Below the pieces are notes generated by a model. It worked only from the letters and a program-made list of their open reading frames with translations, was not told where the DNA came from and made no database searches. Of a DNA stretch of 60,443 nt, positions 20,763 through 29,544 are shown one piece after another. Origin of the DNA: a virus. Taxonomy: Duplodnaviria; Caudoviricetes. The DNA is taken from positions 1-60,443 of IMG/VR virus record IMGVR_UViG_3300042453_000310, one strand, 5' to 3'. Both the position numbers and the translations under genes were made by a program. The stretch's first letter is position 1; each line of letters starts with the position of its first letter.

Positions 20763-21413
20763 TTAAAATCCTCCAAAATTTGTTGCCGCGTATGTGTTTA
20801 AAGCACCTACACCCGAAGATGAAATGGTGATTGAACCTGCCCCATTTGAAATGGTAATGCCCGAACCAGCCGTTAATGTTGTTTTAGCAAGCGTATTGCC
20901 TGCTGTGTTTCCAATTAACAACTGTCCATCTGTATAAGATGTCTGACCAGTGCCGCCGTTTGCTACGGGCAACGTCCCAGTTAAGGCACTCAATATGCTA
21001 GAAGCTACCTTGACGTAGTCGGTGCCGTTGTAATATACAAAACATTTTTCACCCACAGCGACAGAAACACCTGTTTGACCGGATGCTTTGAACGTTACCG
21101 CGCTGGTAGCGCCTGCGTGATCTACCATGTATAGTTTGCTGTAACTTGGGCCTGTAATAACTTTGGCAACCGTTTGCGTGCCGGTGATACGAATCACCAT
21201 GTACTGTGCGGTCGTAGAAGTTATCCCGTTTCCTGACGAGCTACCCAAAGTGTTAGCCAAAGTAATAGCGCCATCGCCTGCAAAAGACAGTGTGCCTGCA
21301 ATGGCAATATCAAGGTAATCTGTAATACCGTAGTTAACCGTATCGCCCCACGTACCAGAAAGCGTTCCCTGTGTTGGGGTGACTAAGCCCAAAAGAGTCG
21401 TTGTTCCTGCCAT
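20763..21413 (-). CDS. Tail fibre proximal/adaptor protein
   Basis: 216 aa; N-terminal LGL..P..G..SGTWG..N motif and LPVANGGTG fibre repeat. Confidence 0.72.
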   Translation of the reverse strand: MAGTTTLLGLVTPTQGTLSGTWGDTVNYGITDYLDIAIAGTLSFAGDGAITLANTLGSSSGNGITSTTAQYMVIRITGTQTVAKVITGPSYSKLYMVDHAGATSAVTFKASGQTGVSVAVGEKCFVYYNGTDYVKVASSILSALTGTLPVANGGTGQTSYTDGQLLIGNTAGNTLAKTTLTAGSGITISNGAGSITISSSGVGALNTYAATNFGGF

Positions 21414-21423
21414 TTAAATGCTC

Positions 21424-21519
21424 CTAAGTTGTTGAAACAGGAGTCCAAGCCGCTGTTTGCGTATTACTGATAATCTGCCAGTTTGCGGTCTGTGTGTTAC
21501 TGATAATCTGCCAGTTCAT
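21424..21519 (-). CDS. 31-aa mini-protein containing a tandem NWQIISNTQTA repeat
   Basis: AAGGAG RBS then ATG; MNWQIISNTQTANWQIISNTQTAAWTPVSTT; the two repeat copies differ only at synonymous sites. Confidence 0.65.
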   Translation of the reverse strand: MNWQIISNTQTANWQIISNTQTAAWTPVSTT

Positions 21520-21528
21520 GTTGACTCC

Positions 21529-21948
21529 TTAATTGGAACTACGAATCAACGCCGCTGTCGCTGTGTTTGCAGGCATAGTGATTGTAAATGTGCCGGTGGA
21601 TGTTTTGTCCGACCCAAAATCCAGCACAGCTATGGATTTGTTGCCTTGTGTAAAGTTGTAGATCAACGCACAACGAGCCGTAATAGCCCCAGTCCAACTG
21701 ATGTTAGGGAAGCCCACATAGGCTGTGTATCCAGAAGTGTTGACTGTGATTGGTGTTAACTGTGCCCCACCCGCAGAGTAAGTGCCTGTATTGGCTACTT
21801 CGTTCGTAGCTGAATATACCGTTGTGTCTTCGTTCAAATCAGCAGAGGCTGTGTACAGGGCAATTTTTATGACATCCGTAGTCAGGTCATGAATACCTTG
21901 ATAAAGCTCTGCCTTAAAGCTAGTGGTTTGGGTCTGAATAATTGACAT
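21529..21948 (-). CDS. Virion structural protein
   Basis: 139 aa; SFKAEL..G.HD...IKIALYT...ALIYN...AVLDFG motif typical of phage structural modules. Confidence 0.75.
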   Translation of the reverse strand: MSIIQTQTTSFKAELYQGIHDLTTDVIKIALYTASADLNEDTTVYSATNEVANTGTYSAGGAQLTPITVNTSGYTAYVGFPNISWTGAITARCALIYNFTQGNKSIAVLDFGSDKTSTGTFTITMPANTATAALIRSSN

Positions 21949-21949
21949 A

Positions 21950-22864
21950 TCAAGTTACCTTCTGACGGAACTGACCAGAACGATATGCGTCTTGACGCTC
22001 CATACCATCACCCAAACGTTTAGCCAACGCTAATGCTTCCATGAACTTCTGGTTGTACAACTGCATCATGTCTTGCTCACCCTTCATGTAGGTGTAAGCC
22101 TCAACCAAAGACGCGTACAACAACACCGTATCAAAGTTATCACCTAGCCATGTAGTACCAGTAGAATTAGTCACAGTGGCAACCGGAATAGAAAACGAAG
22201 AACCTGTGCCGCCAATTGTGGAAGCTGCTGCAGACATAACGTCTCCAACTGTGTACTGAACTCCGCCGTTGGTAATAGTCACAACCGTCACCGCCCCGCC
22301 AGCCACAGTAATTGTTGCTAACGCTCCGCTACCCGTACCACCAGTCAAGGGCACATTAAAATAAGTACCTGCCGTATATGCGCTACCGCCGGTAATAGCA
22401 CCAAGCGTAGCTATGGGGCTTTGCACAATGGACACTGGGTAGAAATAGTAGTGGAGTTCAGACCCGTAAGCCGCGTCGGGTGTTGGGCCGAGAATAAACG
22501 TTAACTCTGTTGCGTCGTCAGAACGTGGGCCAAACAAAGCATAGTACTTAGGTATCCCCGTGTCTGTGGGCTGTGGGTACGCTTGCCGAATAAAGTTAAC
22601 ATCTTTGTTTAACAAGTACTCGTACTCACCACTGGCGTTAATGACAGCCAACGAATACACTGCCAAAAAATCCGTAGGGCACTGTAAGTATTTATTGCTC
22701 GTAGTCATTGACCCCGTCACGTTCTTACGAATAGACGGAAACTGCACCGAGTTATAAATACGTTGCTCAGCTTGCTCAACAAACACGGGAATACTAGCCA
22801 CGAAATCTGCTTCCGTGTTCTCCGTGTACGCTTGAAGCGCGTTGCTGAGTTCAGTGTAATTCAT
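21950..22864 (-). CDS. Head-tail adaptor protein with Thr/Gly-rich insertion
   Basis: MNYTEL..., EQAEQRIY, GIPKYYA, GPTPD, LLYASLVEAY adaptor-type motifs. Confidence 0.72.
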   Translation of the reverse strand: MNYTELSNALQAYTENTEADFVASIPVFVEQAEQRIYNSVQFPSIRKNVTGSMTTSNKYLQCPTDFLAVYSLAVINASGEYEYLLNKDVNFIRQAYPQPTDTGIPKYYALFGPRSDDATELTFILGPTPDAAYGSELHYYFYPVSIVQSPIATLGAITGGSAYTAGTYFNVPLTGGTGSGALATITVAGGAVTVVTITNGGVQYTVGDVMSAAASTIGGTGSSFSIPVATVTNSTGTTWLGDNFDTVLLYASLVEAYTYMKGEQDMMQLYNQKFMEALALAKRLGDGMERQDAYRSGQFRQKVT

Positions 22865-22867
22865 GCT

Positions 22868-23113
22868 TTACGCCATTGGCCCACGGGCCATAGTTCCCTT
22901 GGTTGCCGCGCCATTGCCGCGGGTGACGATACCGGATGTCTTGGTGGCTTCGCTACCAGTAGATTTGTTGATGTTGCCAATAGTCATATTAACGGTATCA
23001 ACTTTACTGCGGTTTGGGGGAGTGCCGGGGTTCTCGGATATGCCTACGGGCTTACCACTCATGGTGTGGGGCTTAGCGTATGCAGAAGCAGGTAGATTGT
23101 TAATCTTGGCCAT
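22868..23113 (-). CDS. Small basic virion-associated protein
   Basis: 81 aa; C-terminal RGNGAATKG...RGPMA. Confidence 0.7.
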   Translation of the reverse strand: MAKINNLPASAYAKPHTMSGKPVGISENPGTPPNRSKVDTVNMTIGNINKSTGSEATKTSGIVTRGNGAATKGTMARGPMA

Positions 23114-23114
23114 G

Positions 23115-23291
23115 TTATTTCCCCTGATTTGCGGCGCGAGACAAGTTACGTCCCAAACGCATGCGGTCTTCAGATGTGGGGCCGCCAGCCTTAAGCTTTG
23201 TCATTGGCTTACCGGGGTGCATGTTTTTCTCGTGCTTGCCGACAGCAGACTTAATCATCTTCTTGTCTTGGGCTAAATCTTTCTTGTCCAT
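23115..23291 (-). CDS. Small basic protein (58 aa, not in ORF track)
   Basis: AGGAG RBS; MDKKDLAQDKKMIKSAVGKHEKNMHPGKPMTKLKAGGPTSEDRMRLGRNLSRAANQGK; fills the gap exactly. Confidence 0.75.
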   Translation of the reverse strand: MDKKDLAQDKKMIKSAVGKHEKNMHPGKPMTKLKAGGPTSEDRMRLGRNLSRAANQGK

Positions 23292-23300
23292 ATTAGACTC

Positions 23301-23690
23301 CTATGTAACGGTTACTGTAACTGTACCAACAAACGTCGTTGCCACCAAGTAATTTGGCGTCAAAGCGACATCAAAATTACTCGACCCACCAACGGGGTTC
23401 CACCCCCACTGAACATCCCGCGAACCACCAGTCAGACTGCCAGTAGCGTTTGTGCCTGCTGTAACGTACGTTGTGTCCTTGCGCGGGTTACGCACTGCTT
23501 GCGGGTCATCCACTGGGTACATACCCAACTGCAACTGCGGCTGGTCGGGATCAAAACAAGTAGAACACACAAGCAGATTATAAATCTTTGTCTTCTGTAT
23601 CTCTTTACGAAGCGCTGTCAATTTAAACTGTTGGCCGCACCTATCGCACATGGCGATACTGTTTTTACCAGAAGCAAACCGATTGCCCAT
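23301..23690 (-). CDS. Zn-ribbon virion-associated protein
   Basis: CDRCG...VCSTCFDPDQPQL motif. Confidence 0.75.
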   Translation of the reverse strand: MGNRFASGKNSIAMCDRCGQQFKLTALRKEIQKTKIYNLLVCSTCFDPDQPQLQLGMYPVDDPQAVRNPRKDTTYVTAGTNATGSLTGGSRDVQWGWNPVGGSSNFDVALTPNYLVATTFVGTVTVTVT

Positions 23691-24266
23691 TTACGCAACC
23701 TCCATTCGGTTGCCCTTGCGAGAATTTTCAGCCCCGGGGATAACTTGCAAATTAGTCGGAACATGAAGCCCCGAAACAGTTTTGCCACGCAGTGGAACAG
23801 TGTGGTCTACGTGCCACGGAAAACCAAAAAGGTCTGTGCGAAGCTGTGCAAGTTCGTACGCCTGCTCTATGAGCCAGTAATCGTCCTCAACCAACCACGA
23901 AGGTGTGCGCTGTACTTTTGCCAACTGTCGCTGACGTGTCCAAGCTAGCACCCGACCGGAATTGCGCCGTGCCCATGCCGCTTTTTCTGCGTTTCGGGCT
24001 TCTCTGTTCTTTGCCATCGTATTTTTTACGGTGGCCTTAACTTTTTCGGGGTTGCACGCCACATATTTTTTTTGAGCAATCCGTTTTCTTTCAAGCAGGG
24101 CAGGTCGGTTTGCTTCCTTGTATGCAGCAAGTTTTATGTGTGCGCATGTTATGCACTGCCGATTACTTACAAGACGCTCCGCAACGTGCCCATGTTTACA
24201 CGCAATACCCGTAAAGTAACGCGTTAATCCGTCGGTTTTGGCTTGTAAAAGAGAAACGATTTGCAT
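23691..24266 (-). CDS. HNH homing endonuclease-like protein (free-standing)
   Basis: N-terminal YFTG..CKHGH..ER.....C..C zinc motif; C-terminal HVDHTVPL...GLHVPTNLQVI...N..K.N. Confidence 0.85.
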   Translation of the reverse strand: MQIVSLLQAKTDGLTRYFTGIACKHGHVAERLVSNRQCITCAHIKLAAYKEANRPALLERKRIAQKKYVACNPEKVKATVKNTMAKNREARNAEKAAWARRNSGRVLAWTRQRQLAKVQRTPSWLVEDDYWLIEQAYELAQLRTDLFGFPWHVDHTVPLRGKTVSGLHVPTNLQVIPGAENSRKGNRMEVA

Positions 24267-25195
24267 CAGGTTCCGCTTCCAATAAACATCTGACGGGGCA
24301 CAAATCGGACACTAGCTTTTTCCCTGTCCTCGTCGGCGGCTAATTGCCACGCCGTATCATACTGCTCTTTCAAGATGGGCAAACGATCAGCACCGCCTTC
24401 AATCTTCAGAGCCAAGTAATAGGCTAAGCCTGCCACCATACAGGGCAGGAAGCGGAAAGGTACATCCATCGTGCGTACACCCCCGCCAGCATCATCAATA
24501 CGGCGCATGCGCCAGTAAACAAACTGATACGTTGCACTGTTGTCTGGGGTCGGCCAGAGGGTTACAGAGGGCAAATTCTGCGTGTACACAGCCACACCAG
24601 TTAAGTGTGCTGCTGCAGTTGTGCCGTTCTGCCCACGGAAGCAGTTGTTAAGCACGTTGCCAGAGATGTAGCCGTACTGAATAGTCTCGTTTTCAATCAA
24701 CAAGAACCCCGTAGCTGGAAGCCCGACTACTGAAGTTAGTGTGATTGTGGTGGCCGTAGCTGTAATCCCGCCGTTAAGCGTAGTGCCAATAGAAGAAGTT
24801 TGACCATCCAAACGCTGATACCACACCTGAATCGGTCGGGCTTGTTGCAGTTTGTTGGGGATTGTGGCATAGGTAGAAACACTGATACGCGTGATGGTTA
24901 AGTCAGCCTGTGTGGATGCGCTTCCCGCGCCCGTGCGAATCACATGCTCAAGTAGATCCACCGTATCTACGGGTAGTGCGTAGTTGTTTAGACCCGGAGT
25001 TAGGTTAATTGTCCCCTGCTCAAACGTCCACATGTTGACACCACGGTTTGCCCAATCAGCAAACATCAAGTTCAATGACCGACGGGCTGTACGTAAATCG
25101 TAGCCCGTACGCAACTCCGAACCAGCGCGTTCAAACGCTTCCTCAACCAACTCAGTAAGGTCAAGGTTAAACGCTGTGGTTCCTGAAGTGGTCAT
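24266..25195 (-). CDS. Head-tail connector / tail tubular A-like protein with inserted beta domain
   Basis: EEAFERAG, ARRSLNL..DWANRG, LWPTPD, VPFRFLPC..AGLAYYLA motifs. Confidence 0.72.
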   Translation of the reverse strand: MTTSGTTAFNLDLTELVEEAFERAGSELRTGYDLRTARRSLNLMFADWANRGVNMWTFEQGTINLTPGLNNYALPVDTVDLLEHVIRTGAGSASTQADLTITRISVSTYATIPNKLQQARPIQVWYQRLDGQTSSIGTTLNGGITATATTITLTSVVGLPATGFLLIENETIQYGYISGNVLNNCFRGQNGTTAAAHLTGVAVYTQNLPSVTLWPTPDNSATYQFVYWRMRRIDDAGGGVRTMDVPFRFLPCMVAGLAYYLALKIEGGADRLPILKEQYDTAWQLAADEDREKASVRFVPRQMFIGSGT

Positions 25196-25425
25196 CTAAA
25201 TCCTGCCGTTTTCTTTGCAATCGTTTTGGGTTGAGCTACGAATTGTTTGCCGGCGGCTTTTCCGGCTCGCTTGGCTTTGGTCGTCGCAGCGTACTCACTA
25301 GCACTGAGACTTTTAATCGCAGCGCTTGGAAGGTATCTTTCACCAGTGTCAGAAGATTTTTTACCACTTTTGGTTCTCCATTTTTGGTCGCCCCAATCCT
25401 TCAATGATTTTTGAGGCGCTTTCAA
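25192..25425 (-). CDS. Small basic protein (DUF5872-like, C-terminal half)
   Basis: QKSLKDWGDQKWRTKSG...GERYLP...KQFV motif; family name is from recall. Confidence 0.7.
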   Translation of the reverse strand: MKAPQKSLKDWGDQKWRTKSGKKSSDTGERYLPSAAIKSLSASEYAATTKAKRAGKAAGKQFVAQPKTIAKKTAGFR

Positions 25426-25697
25426 TCTCGGTAACCCCCGCCTGCCGCCTTGTACTTCTTGGCAACAAGCTGCGCTTTACGCGCTGACCACTGACCTGCA
25501 CCAGTACCTTGCGTAGCTGCTGACATCACCTGAGACACAATCTTCTTGCGAAGACTTGGCTTTGTGTAATTGCCAGCCGCATTCACCTTCCCACCCTCTT
25601 TGTACTGGGTAAAGTCAGTGTCGTCCCGCCGAGCTTTCTTCTTGCCCTTGGGCATCTTAGAGGGGGAGATGTCCCCCATACCGCGACTGGCCATCAT
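25422..25697 (-). CDS. Small basic protein (DUF5872-like, N-terminal half)
   Basis: NYTKPSLRKKI...GQWSARKAQL...YKAAGGGY motif. Confidence 0.7.
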   Translation of the reverse strand: MMASRGMGDISPSKMPKGKKKARRDDTDFTQYKEGGKVNAAGNYTKPSLRKKIVSQVMSAATQGTGAGQWSARKAQLVAKKYKAAGGGYRD

Positions 25698-25699
25698 AT

Positions 25700-26140
25700 C
25701 TATGCCCTCGTTTTACCGCGAATAGCAATACCGTCAGCACGTTTGGAAGCAGAAGAAACCCTGCCGCCTTTTTTCATGTCAACCATATTGTCTTTGATTT
25801 TGCCCGGAGTGTCACTGCCATAAGCAGCGCGATCACGTTCTTTATACTCGGCAGAATCTTTGGCTTCTTGCAAACGGCGCTGGCGCTCGGACTCACGTTT
25901 AGCAGTCAAAGCATCCGACTCAGCCTGCTGTCGTTTAGCGCTGGGGGAACCTGCAAGGGATCGAATAACGCGCCCAGCTACATCTTTGCCACGTTGGGTA
26001 AGAGAGTCGCCCGCATCAGCTTCTGCTTTCGCTTCTTTTAGACGCGCTCGCTTGGCCAAATCCAATTCTTGCTTGTCGCCACGCGACAGATTATCGTATT
26101 TCTTCAAATACGTTTCGTCGTCTGCCAGTCTTGTAGCCAT
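25700..26140 (-). CDS. Small basic virion-associated protein
   Basis: 146 aa; C-terminal MKKGG...RADGIAIRGKTRA; AAGGA RBS. Confidence 0.7.
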   Translation of the reverse strand: MATRLADDETYLKKYDNLSRGDKQELDLAKRARLKEAKAEADAGDSLTQRGKDVAGRVIRSLAGSPSAKRQQAESDALTAKRESERQRRLQEAKDSAEYKERDRAAYGSDTPGKIKDNMVDMKKGGRVSSASKRADGIAIRGKTRA

Positions 26141-26149
26141 GGTATGTCC

Positions 26150-26551
26150 TTAGCAGGTCTTGCCGCCCATTTTCATGGCGATCATCTTGCCTTTGGTTTT
26201 GCCTTTTTCAGCAATACCGTCTTTGCTAGGGGCGGCTGTTTTAACTTTGCCCATTGCCATACCGCCTTTTTTCATGCCTTTGCCGTCACCGATAAAAGCG
26301 GGCTTACCGTCTTTCATGGGCATACCGCCACCAGCCATTTTGGTTGCGCCTTTTTTCTTAGCCATCATTGCCATGAAGCCAGCATTCATTTTGGAAGCCA
26401 TAGTATCACCACCTTTTGAAAATTTGCGGTTTTTGTCCGCAGTTGTAAAATCCTTACCCACAGACTGCGGGACTCCTACTTTCTTAGCAAACGATGGCGA
26501 ATTTGCAATCGCTGCCATGAAATTGTGTTGCTTTTTGCTGGTGCTAGGCAT
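26150..26551 (-). CDS. Met/Lys/Gly-rich small virion-associated protein
   Basis: MPSTSKKQHNFMAAIA...; four [MF][AKS]xGG motifs; ATG at 26551. Confidence 0.7.
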   Translation of the reverse strand: MPSTSKKQHNFMAAIANSPSFAKKVGVPQSVGKDFTTADKNRKFSKGGDTMASKMNAGFMAMMAKKKGATKMAGGGMPMKDGKPAFIGDGKGMKKGGMAMGKVKTAAPSKDGIAEKGKTKGKMIAMKMGGKTC

Positions 26552-26552
26552 G

Positions 26553-26741
26553 TCAAACCTTAATGATCCAGCCTTTGCCAAATATAAAACCGACAACCAC
26601 TAAGCCAATCCAAATCAGCGCCTTCTCTACAATGGTCTTACCAACCATCTTATAGAACTCGCCAGACATCTCTTCGATAGCCATCTTTGCCGCTTTACGG
26701 GCAATGGCTTCTTCACGCTCTGTCAATTCAATTTCATTCAT
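26553..26741 (-). CDS. Small membrane protein
   Basis: 62 aa with C-terminal TM helix. Confidence 0.7.
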   Translation of the reverse strand: MNEIELTEREEAIARKAAKMAIEEMSGEFYKMVGKTIVEKALIWIGLVVVGFIFGKGWIIKV

Positions 26742-26742
26742 A

Positions 26743-26997
26743 TCAGCATTTCCAAGCCTTGAGGCTTTTGTTGATCCGTGAATTTGGGTCTTTGGCCGTC
26801 TTCTCGCTGGTTAGCTTCTTCTTCATGCCTTCCATACGGGCGCAGAAAGAGTCGCGGCGTTTGCCGCCCTCTGGTTGAGGTGCTTTCAACCCCGGTTTGC
26901 CCGGATTGGCTTTGTTGTAGGAAGCCCGACCCTTGGCGTTCAAGCCGCCCTTGTCCGATTTGCCTTCTTTCCTCTGCCATGCTGGTGACTTTGCCAT
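26743..26997 (-). CDS. Small basic protein (DUF6321-like)
   Basis: AWQRKEGK..GGLNAKGRASY...RRDSFCARM...SLKAWKC; family name is from recall. Confidence 0.75.
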   Translation of the reverse strand: MAKSPAWQRKEGKSDKGGLNAKGRASYNKANPGKPGLKAPQPEGGKRRDSFCARMEGMKKKLTSEKTAKDPNSRINKSLKAWKC

Positions 26998-26998
26998 T

Positions 26999-28576
26999 TT
27001 ATATCCTAAACCCAAAACCAAAAGCAATGGTATTACCACCACCCCCAACTGCTACATCACTAAAATCCCATCCTAGATTATTACCTGCATTTACGTTTGT
27101 TGACGCGGTGGCATCAAAAATTGCGCCGCCCGTAGCGTTGCTGTCTTGAATCGTTAAATACTCAACAGTGTTTGTTCCACTAGCATCAGAGATGGTGGCC
27201 CGTGTTCCGGGCGTTGTTGCTGACAGAAACTTCTGGTTTGTACCTGATGTGCCAAATGCTCCAACAGTGCTTGTTGTACCTGACTTGAGTTTCAACGTGC
27301 CGTTGGTCATTGTGAGCGTACTTGTCACAGACAAAGCATCTTGACATTCCCATGCCCCGCCAATACCGTTAATTGTGACGTTTGCCGGAAAACTAAAGCC
27401 GTTTGACGTAATTGTTTTTGTACCAGATGTTGCAGAAAAAGCAACTGTGCCTGTGCCTGCGCCTAGTAAAGTCGTGCCACCCCAATTCCAGTTGCCAAAA
27501 ACCAAAATTGAGTTTTGAATGGAAACCGTACCAGTAAACCCTGTAAAGTTTACATTTTTATAAGCACCGCTAGTTGTTGACAAGTTAACTTGATCCGAAC
27601 CAGCCGTGACATCTACACTGATCGAGTTGGCTTCACCCGCAGCACCAAAAATTACACCCCGTGTGCCCGTTGTGGCATTGGTCGTAAGTTGAATTAGCGG
27701 GTTGGTTCCTGTGACTGTCAGGTTGGTGGCTGTTGATGTTGTAAACAACGTAGCGGCAGTGTTCAGCAAAACAAACTTACCAGTCGATCCAAACGCAAAT
27801 GTTCTGACGTTGCTGTTGCTTGAGCTAACAGAGCCAAACGTGGCTGTATAGCCGTTCAAGTCAAGTGTGCCGTTGGTCAATGTGCAAGCACGTGTAGAAC
27901 CAGAAGTCAATGCGGCTTGAAGCTGCCAAGTACCGCCTACTCCGTTAAAGGTGAATGGGCGGTCAAAGGTTACGCCAGCAGTGTCAATTGTTTTTGTGCC
28001 TGATGTAGCGGCAAACGTAAGAGCGTTTGCAGTAGCGGTTGCCGACATCCCCGTAGACGCTTTAAAATTTCCATAAATAGTCGCTGGGGTTGTCCCAAGC
28101 GCTCCAGCATACCCTGTTGGATTTGTGCCATCGGTAAAATCTAAATTTCTATATGCTGGTGCAGTACCCAAACTCAAAGTTCCCGTGCCAGCAGTAATCC
28201 TAAACGAAATACTGTTAGCTTCCGTAACTGTTCCTGGTTGAAGTGTCCTCGCCGTTGCACTTGAGTCAGTGCAAATAATCAAAGGCGTACCAGTGACCGT
28301 CATGGTCGTAGCGCCAGTGAAGATCGTGCCCGTGCTGTTCAATGAGATCGTATTTGTGCCAAAAGCAAGCGTGCCCGTAAACCCCGTCATGGTCAAAGTT
28401 TGAATTGTTGGGCTGATGTCAAGCGTGACTGTGCCAGCGCCAGAGTTGGCGTCAAACGTTGCAGTGTCACCAGAACCCGGCACAGACGCGCCAGAAGCCC
28501 CGCCAGAGGTCGCAGACCAGTTGGTTGTGCTGTTCCAGTCACCTGTGCCGCCTGTTACCCAAAATCGTGCAGCCAT
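26999..28576 (-). CDS. Thr/Gly-rich beta-helical fibre or adhesin-like virion protein
   Basis: 525 aa; FWV.GGTG.WNSTTNWSATSGG start; two internal repeats of FAATSGTKTI...NGVGG.W..Q.AL...TNGTL. Confidence 0.75.
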   Translation of the reverse strand: MAARFWVTGGTGDWNSTTNWSATSGGASGASVPGSGDTATFDANSGAGTVTLDISPTIQTLTMTGFTGTLAFGTNTISLNSTGTIFTGATTMTVTGTPLIICTDSSATARTLQPGTVTEANSISFRITAGTGTLSLGTAPAYRNLDFTDGTNPTGYAGALGTTPATIYGNFKASTGMSATATANALTFAATSGTKTIDTAGVTFDRPFTFNGVGGTWQLQAALTSGSTRACTLTNGTLDLNGYTATFGSVSSSNSNVRTFAFGSTGKFVLLNTAATLFTTSTATNLTVTGTNPLIQLTTNATTGTRGVIFGAAGEANSISVDVTAGSDQVNLSTTSGAYKNVNFTGFTGTVSIQNSILVFGNWNWGGTTLLGAGTGTVAFSATSGTKTITSNGFSFPANVTINGIGGAWECQDALSVTSTLTMTNGTLKLKSGTTSTVGAFGTSGTNQKFLSATTPGTRATISDASGTNTVEYLTIQDSNATGGAIFDATASTNVNAGNNLGWDFSDVAVGGGGNTIAFGFGFRI

Positions 28577-28578
28577 AT

Positions 28579-28749
28579 TTATTCCTCAACAGGCTCATCA
28601 ACCACAGGTGGGGGATTCTTGACAAAATCATCCCACTTGTCGTAACGGGCTTGCTTCATGGCCTCAATCTCAGCATCCGTCAGGCCGTGGTCATCCGCCA
28701 AATGCAAGGCATCTGTAAACCCGTTAATGGTGAAATCAATTCTTATCAT
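28579..28749 (-). CDS. Small acidic protein (possible fibre chaperone)
   Basis: MIRIDFTING...EIEAMKQARYDKW; fills the gap between coupled genes. Confidence 0.65.
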   Translation of the reverse strand: MIRIDFTINGFTDALHLADDHGLTDAEIEAMKQARYDKWDDFVKNPPPVVDEPVEE

Positions 28750-28750
28750 G

Positions 28751-29008
28751 TTAGTAAATACGCAACAAATTAGTAGCTGTAGTACCTGTAGACCAGACGC
28801 GGATAACTTGCACTGGGATGACTTGTCCCGGTTGTAGGCCAATAAAAGTTGTATCGTCGCCTTGTGCAGTTGTTACTTTGACATTGCCTGTTCCACCCAC
28901 GTAAATAACAGAGGGCGTATCTAAATAAAGTGTATCACTTGCCGAAAAAGTAGTAGCCCCGCCCGGGAACATTGGGAATGTTGGGCTGTAATTAGTTTGT
29001 CGTCCCAT
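28751..29008 (-). CDS. Small capsid decoration / spike-base-like protein
   Basis: IYVGGTGNVKV...IPVQVIRVWSTGTTA motif; AAGGAG RBS. Confidence 0.65.
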   Translation of the reverse strand: MGRQTNYSPTFPMFPGGATTFSASDTLYLDTPSVIYVGGTGNVKVTTAQGDDTTFIGLQPGQVIPVQVIRVWSTGTTATNLLRIY

Positions 29009-29022
29009 AATCAATCTCCTTT

Positions 29023-29044
29023 AAAAAAAGGGCCGAAGCCCCTT
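29023..29044 (-). terminator. Rho-independent terminator
   Basis: GGGGC-TTCG-GCCCT followed by a T-run. Confidence 0.75.
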
Positions 29045-29051
29045 GGGTTGA

Positions 29052-29537
29052 TTAAGCAGTAGCTGGGTTAGCAACACCATCAGAGCCTTTAACAACATAC
29101 GTCACAGTCAATACGCCAGCACCAGAGGTAGCAGTGACGTTGGCCTGCGTAAACGTGATGTTTGCATCTGTCGTACCTACGTTGTTACACAATACTGCGC
29201 CAGCGGCGTTGTTATTGCCAAGTAAAATATTTACGATGCCCGTGTTTGTAAACACGCTTCCGTTTGCTGCTGTGTTAATGGCTGTGCCATTTACTTGCAA
29301 AACGTATGTGGGAGTTGTTGTTGCATAAGCAACTGTAGTATTAAACGCAGCGCTCAGAATCTGTGAGCCTGCGGGAATTGTAAAAGCCGCTGTAGCCGCC
29401 GTAATATCCGTGTACAGAATAGCTTTGGATTGCGAAACAATAGTCGCGCCCAAGTTACGGATTGTGCCAGCAGTGGTGCCGGTTGTATTTTTAACAGTGC
29501 CAAGCAGCCAAGGGCCGAGGTGAGTAGCAAATCCCAT
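29052..29537 (-). CDS. Capsid decoration/minor capsid protein
   Basis: 161 aa directly downstream of the MCP; MGFATHLGP, IPAGSQI, GVLTVTY. Confidence 0.65.
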   Translation of the reverse strand: MGFATHLGPWLLGTVKNTTGTTAGTIRNLGATIVSQSKAILYTDITAATAAFTIPAGSQILSAAFNTTVAYATTTPTYVLQVNGTAINTAANGSVFTNTGIVNILLGNNNAAGAVLCNNVGTTDANITFTQANVTATSGAGVLTVTYVVKGSDGVANPATA

Positions 29538-29544
29538 GATATTT

